From assembly GCA_015523545.1 (NCBI GenBank), contig WAKB01000008.1, positions 6,247-70,246 on the forward strand: DNA of 64,000 nucleotides. Direction: 5' to 3'. The notes under the pieces were generated by a model. The model ran no database searches. It saw only the letters and a program-made list of their open reading frames with translations, and was not told where the DNA came from. The DNA is from Candidatus Geothermarchaeota archaeon (GTDB taxonomy: Archaea; Thermoproteota; Nitrososphaeria; Geothermarchaeales; JDFR-13). The position numbers were made by a program, and so were the translations under genes. The number at the start of each line of letters is the position of its first letter. Position 1 is the stretch's first letter. Below are positions 63,518-64,000 of this stretch, piece after piece.

Positions 63518-64000
63518 TAGGGGGCAGGGGAAACGATATCTACTCAATACTACATCAACACCTCCAGCTATCCATAGAAGCACTCCACCACCTAATCTCA
63601 CTCATGGAGAAGGAGGACTACACGGCAGTGGAAAAGATAGAGCAGATAGAGAAGAGATGTGATAAACTAGCATACAAAGCTACACGCCTGGCAGTAGAGG
63701 GCGCACTCCCCATACTAGCACTACACAGCATAATCAGGATGATAGACGATATAGATGCCATCACCGATAAGATACTCTTCCTAGCCCGAGAGATAACCAG
63801 ATACACCAGACACGTAGGGAGGATAGAGAGGGAGCTAATAGAGGGACTCATAGAGAACGCGGGACACACGGTGAAGATACTCGAATCACTAGCCCAGCTA
63901 CTACACGGAGCTGCTAACAACGCAGCCTACGAGGAACTCCTAAGGATGAGGGACACCATAGAAGAGGAGGAGGAGTCTGGAGACGAGTATAAGGACAAGA
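63499..64000 (+). CDS. DUF47 (PhoU-like) family protein, 5' part; runs off the window end
   Basis: Not in the ORF track because there is no stop. ATG 63499 opens MWLRRIIGGRGNDIYSILHQHLQLSIEALHHLISLMEKEDY..IEQIEKRCDKLAYKA..MIDDIDAITDKI, a DUF47-like helical pattern. Overlaps the rnhB end by 19 nt. Confidence 0.55.
   Translation, partial: MWLRRIIGGRGNDIYSILHQHLQLSIEALHHLISLMEKEDYTAVEKIEQIEKRCDKLAYKATRLAVEGALPILALHSIIRMIDDIDAITDKILFLAREITRYTRHVGRIERELIEGLIENAGHTVKILESLAQLLHGAANNAAYEELLRMRDTIEEEEESGDEYKDK

Noticed and set aside
63618-63920. 100-aa minus-strand ORF near the right edge.
   Set aside because: It is antisense to the DUF47-like plus-strand frame that runs off the window, and it has S/A/L-rich composition.
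1-64000. CRISPR arrays, tandem repeats and IS elements.
   Set aside because: Reading through all spacers and low-complexity coding stretches found no regularly spaced direct repeats of 24-37 nt, no terminal inverted repeats and no cas or transposase signatures. This was a visual inspection only, so short dispersed repeats could be missed.

Overview
The window is a gene-dense (about 90% coding) stretch of core chromosome from a hyperthermophilic crenarchaeon, probably Desulfurococcales-like. This placement is judged by eye from protein signatures, intron-containing tRNAs, purine-rich sense strands and AGG/AGA/ATA codon usage. All homology calls come from motif recognition, since no searches were run. 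The content is dominated by information-processing and RNA-modification genes:
- aminoacylation and tRNA-dependent amidation: CysRS, ThrRS catalytic form, GatD/GatE
- RNA modification and processing: Elp3, Nop5/fibrillarin, Gar1, Nep1, RNase P Rpp21, TrmI, Trm1, RlmE, tRNA splicing endonuclease
- translation and targeting: S8e, SRP19, and an S30e gene missed by the ORF track
- DNA and chromosome: family-B DNA polymerase, RNase HII, TIP49, SMC-ScpA-ScpB, and a Topo VI-A fragment at the left edge
- a complete A-type ATP synthase gene set split into two blocks
- housekeeping enzymes: rhodanese, agmatinase, deoxyhypusine synthase, TldD/PmbA, M24 peptidase

Three tRNA genes (Asn, Glu, Gly) all carry introns, and the one in tRNA-Asn sits at a non-canonical position. 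I found no CRISPR array, integrase, transposase or large repeat.

The best candidates for something undescribed are:
- a stand-alone NurA-like/HerA-like pair (38.5-40.9 kb)
- an adjacent triad of paralogous small winged-helix proteins, two of them tightly packed behind gatD-gatE (one by an ATGA overlap)
- a fusion of an archaeal-adenylate-kinase-like domain to a nucleoside-deoxyribosyltransferase-like domain (2.4-3.5 kb)
- a TFB-like protein without a B-reader, coupled to Gar1
- an operon of two unknown genes, DUF47 and endA
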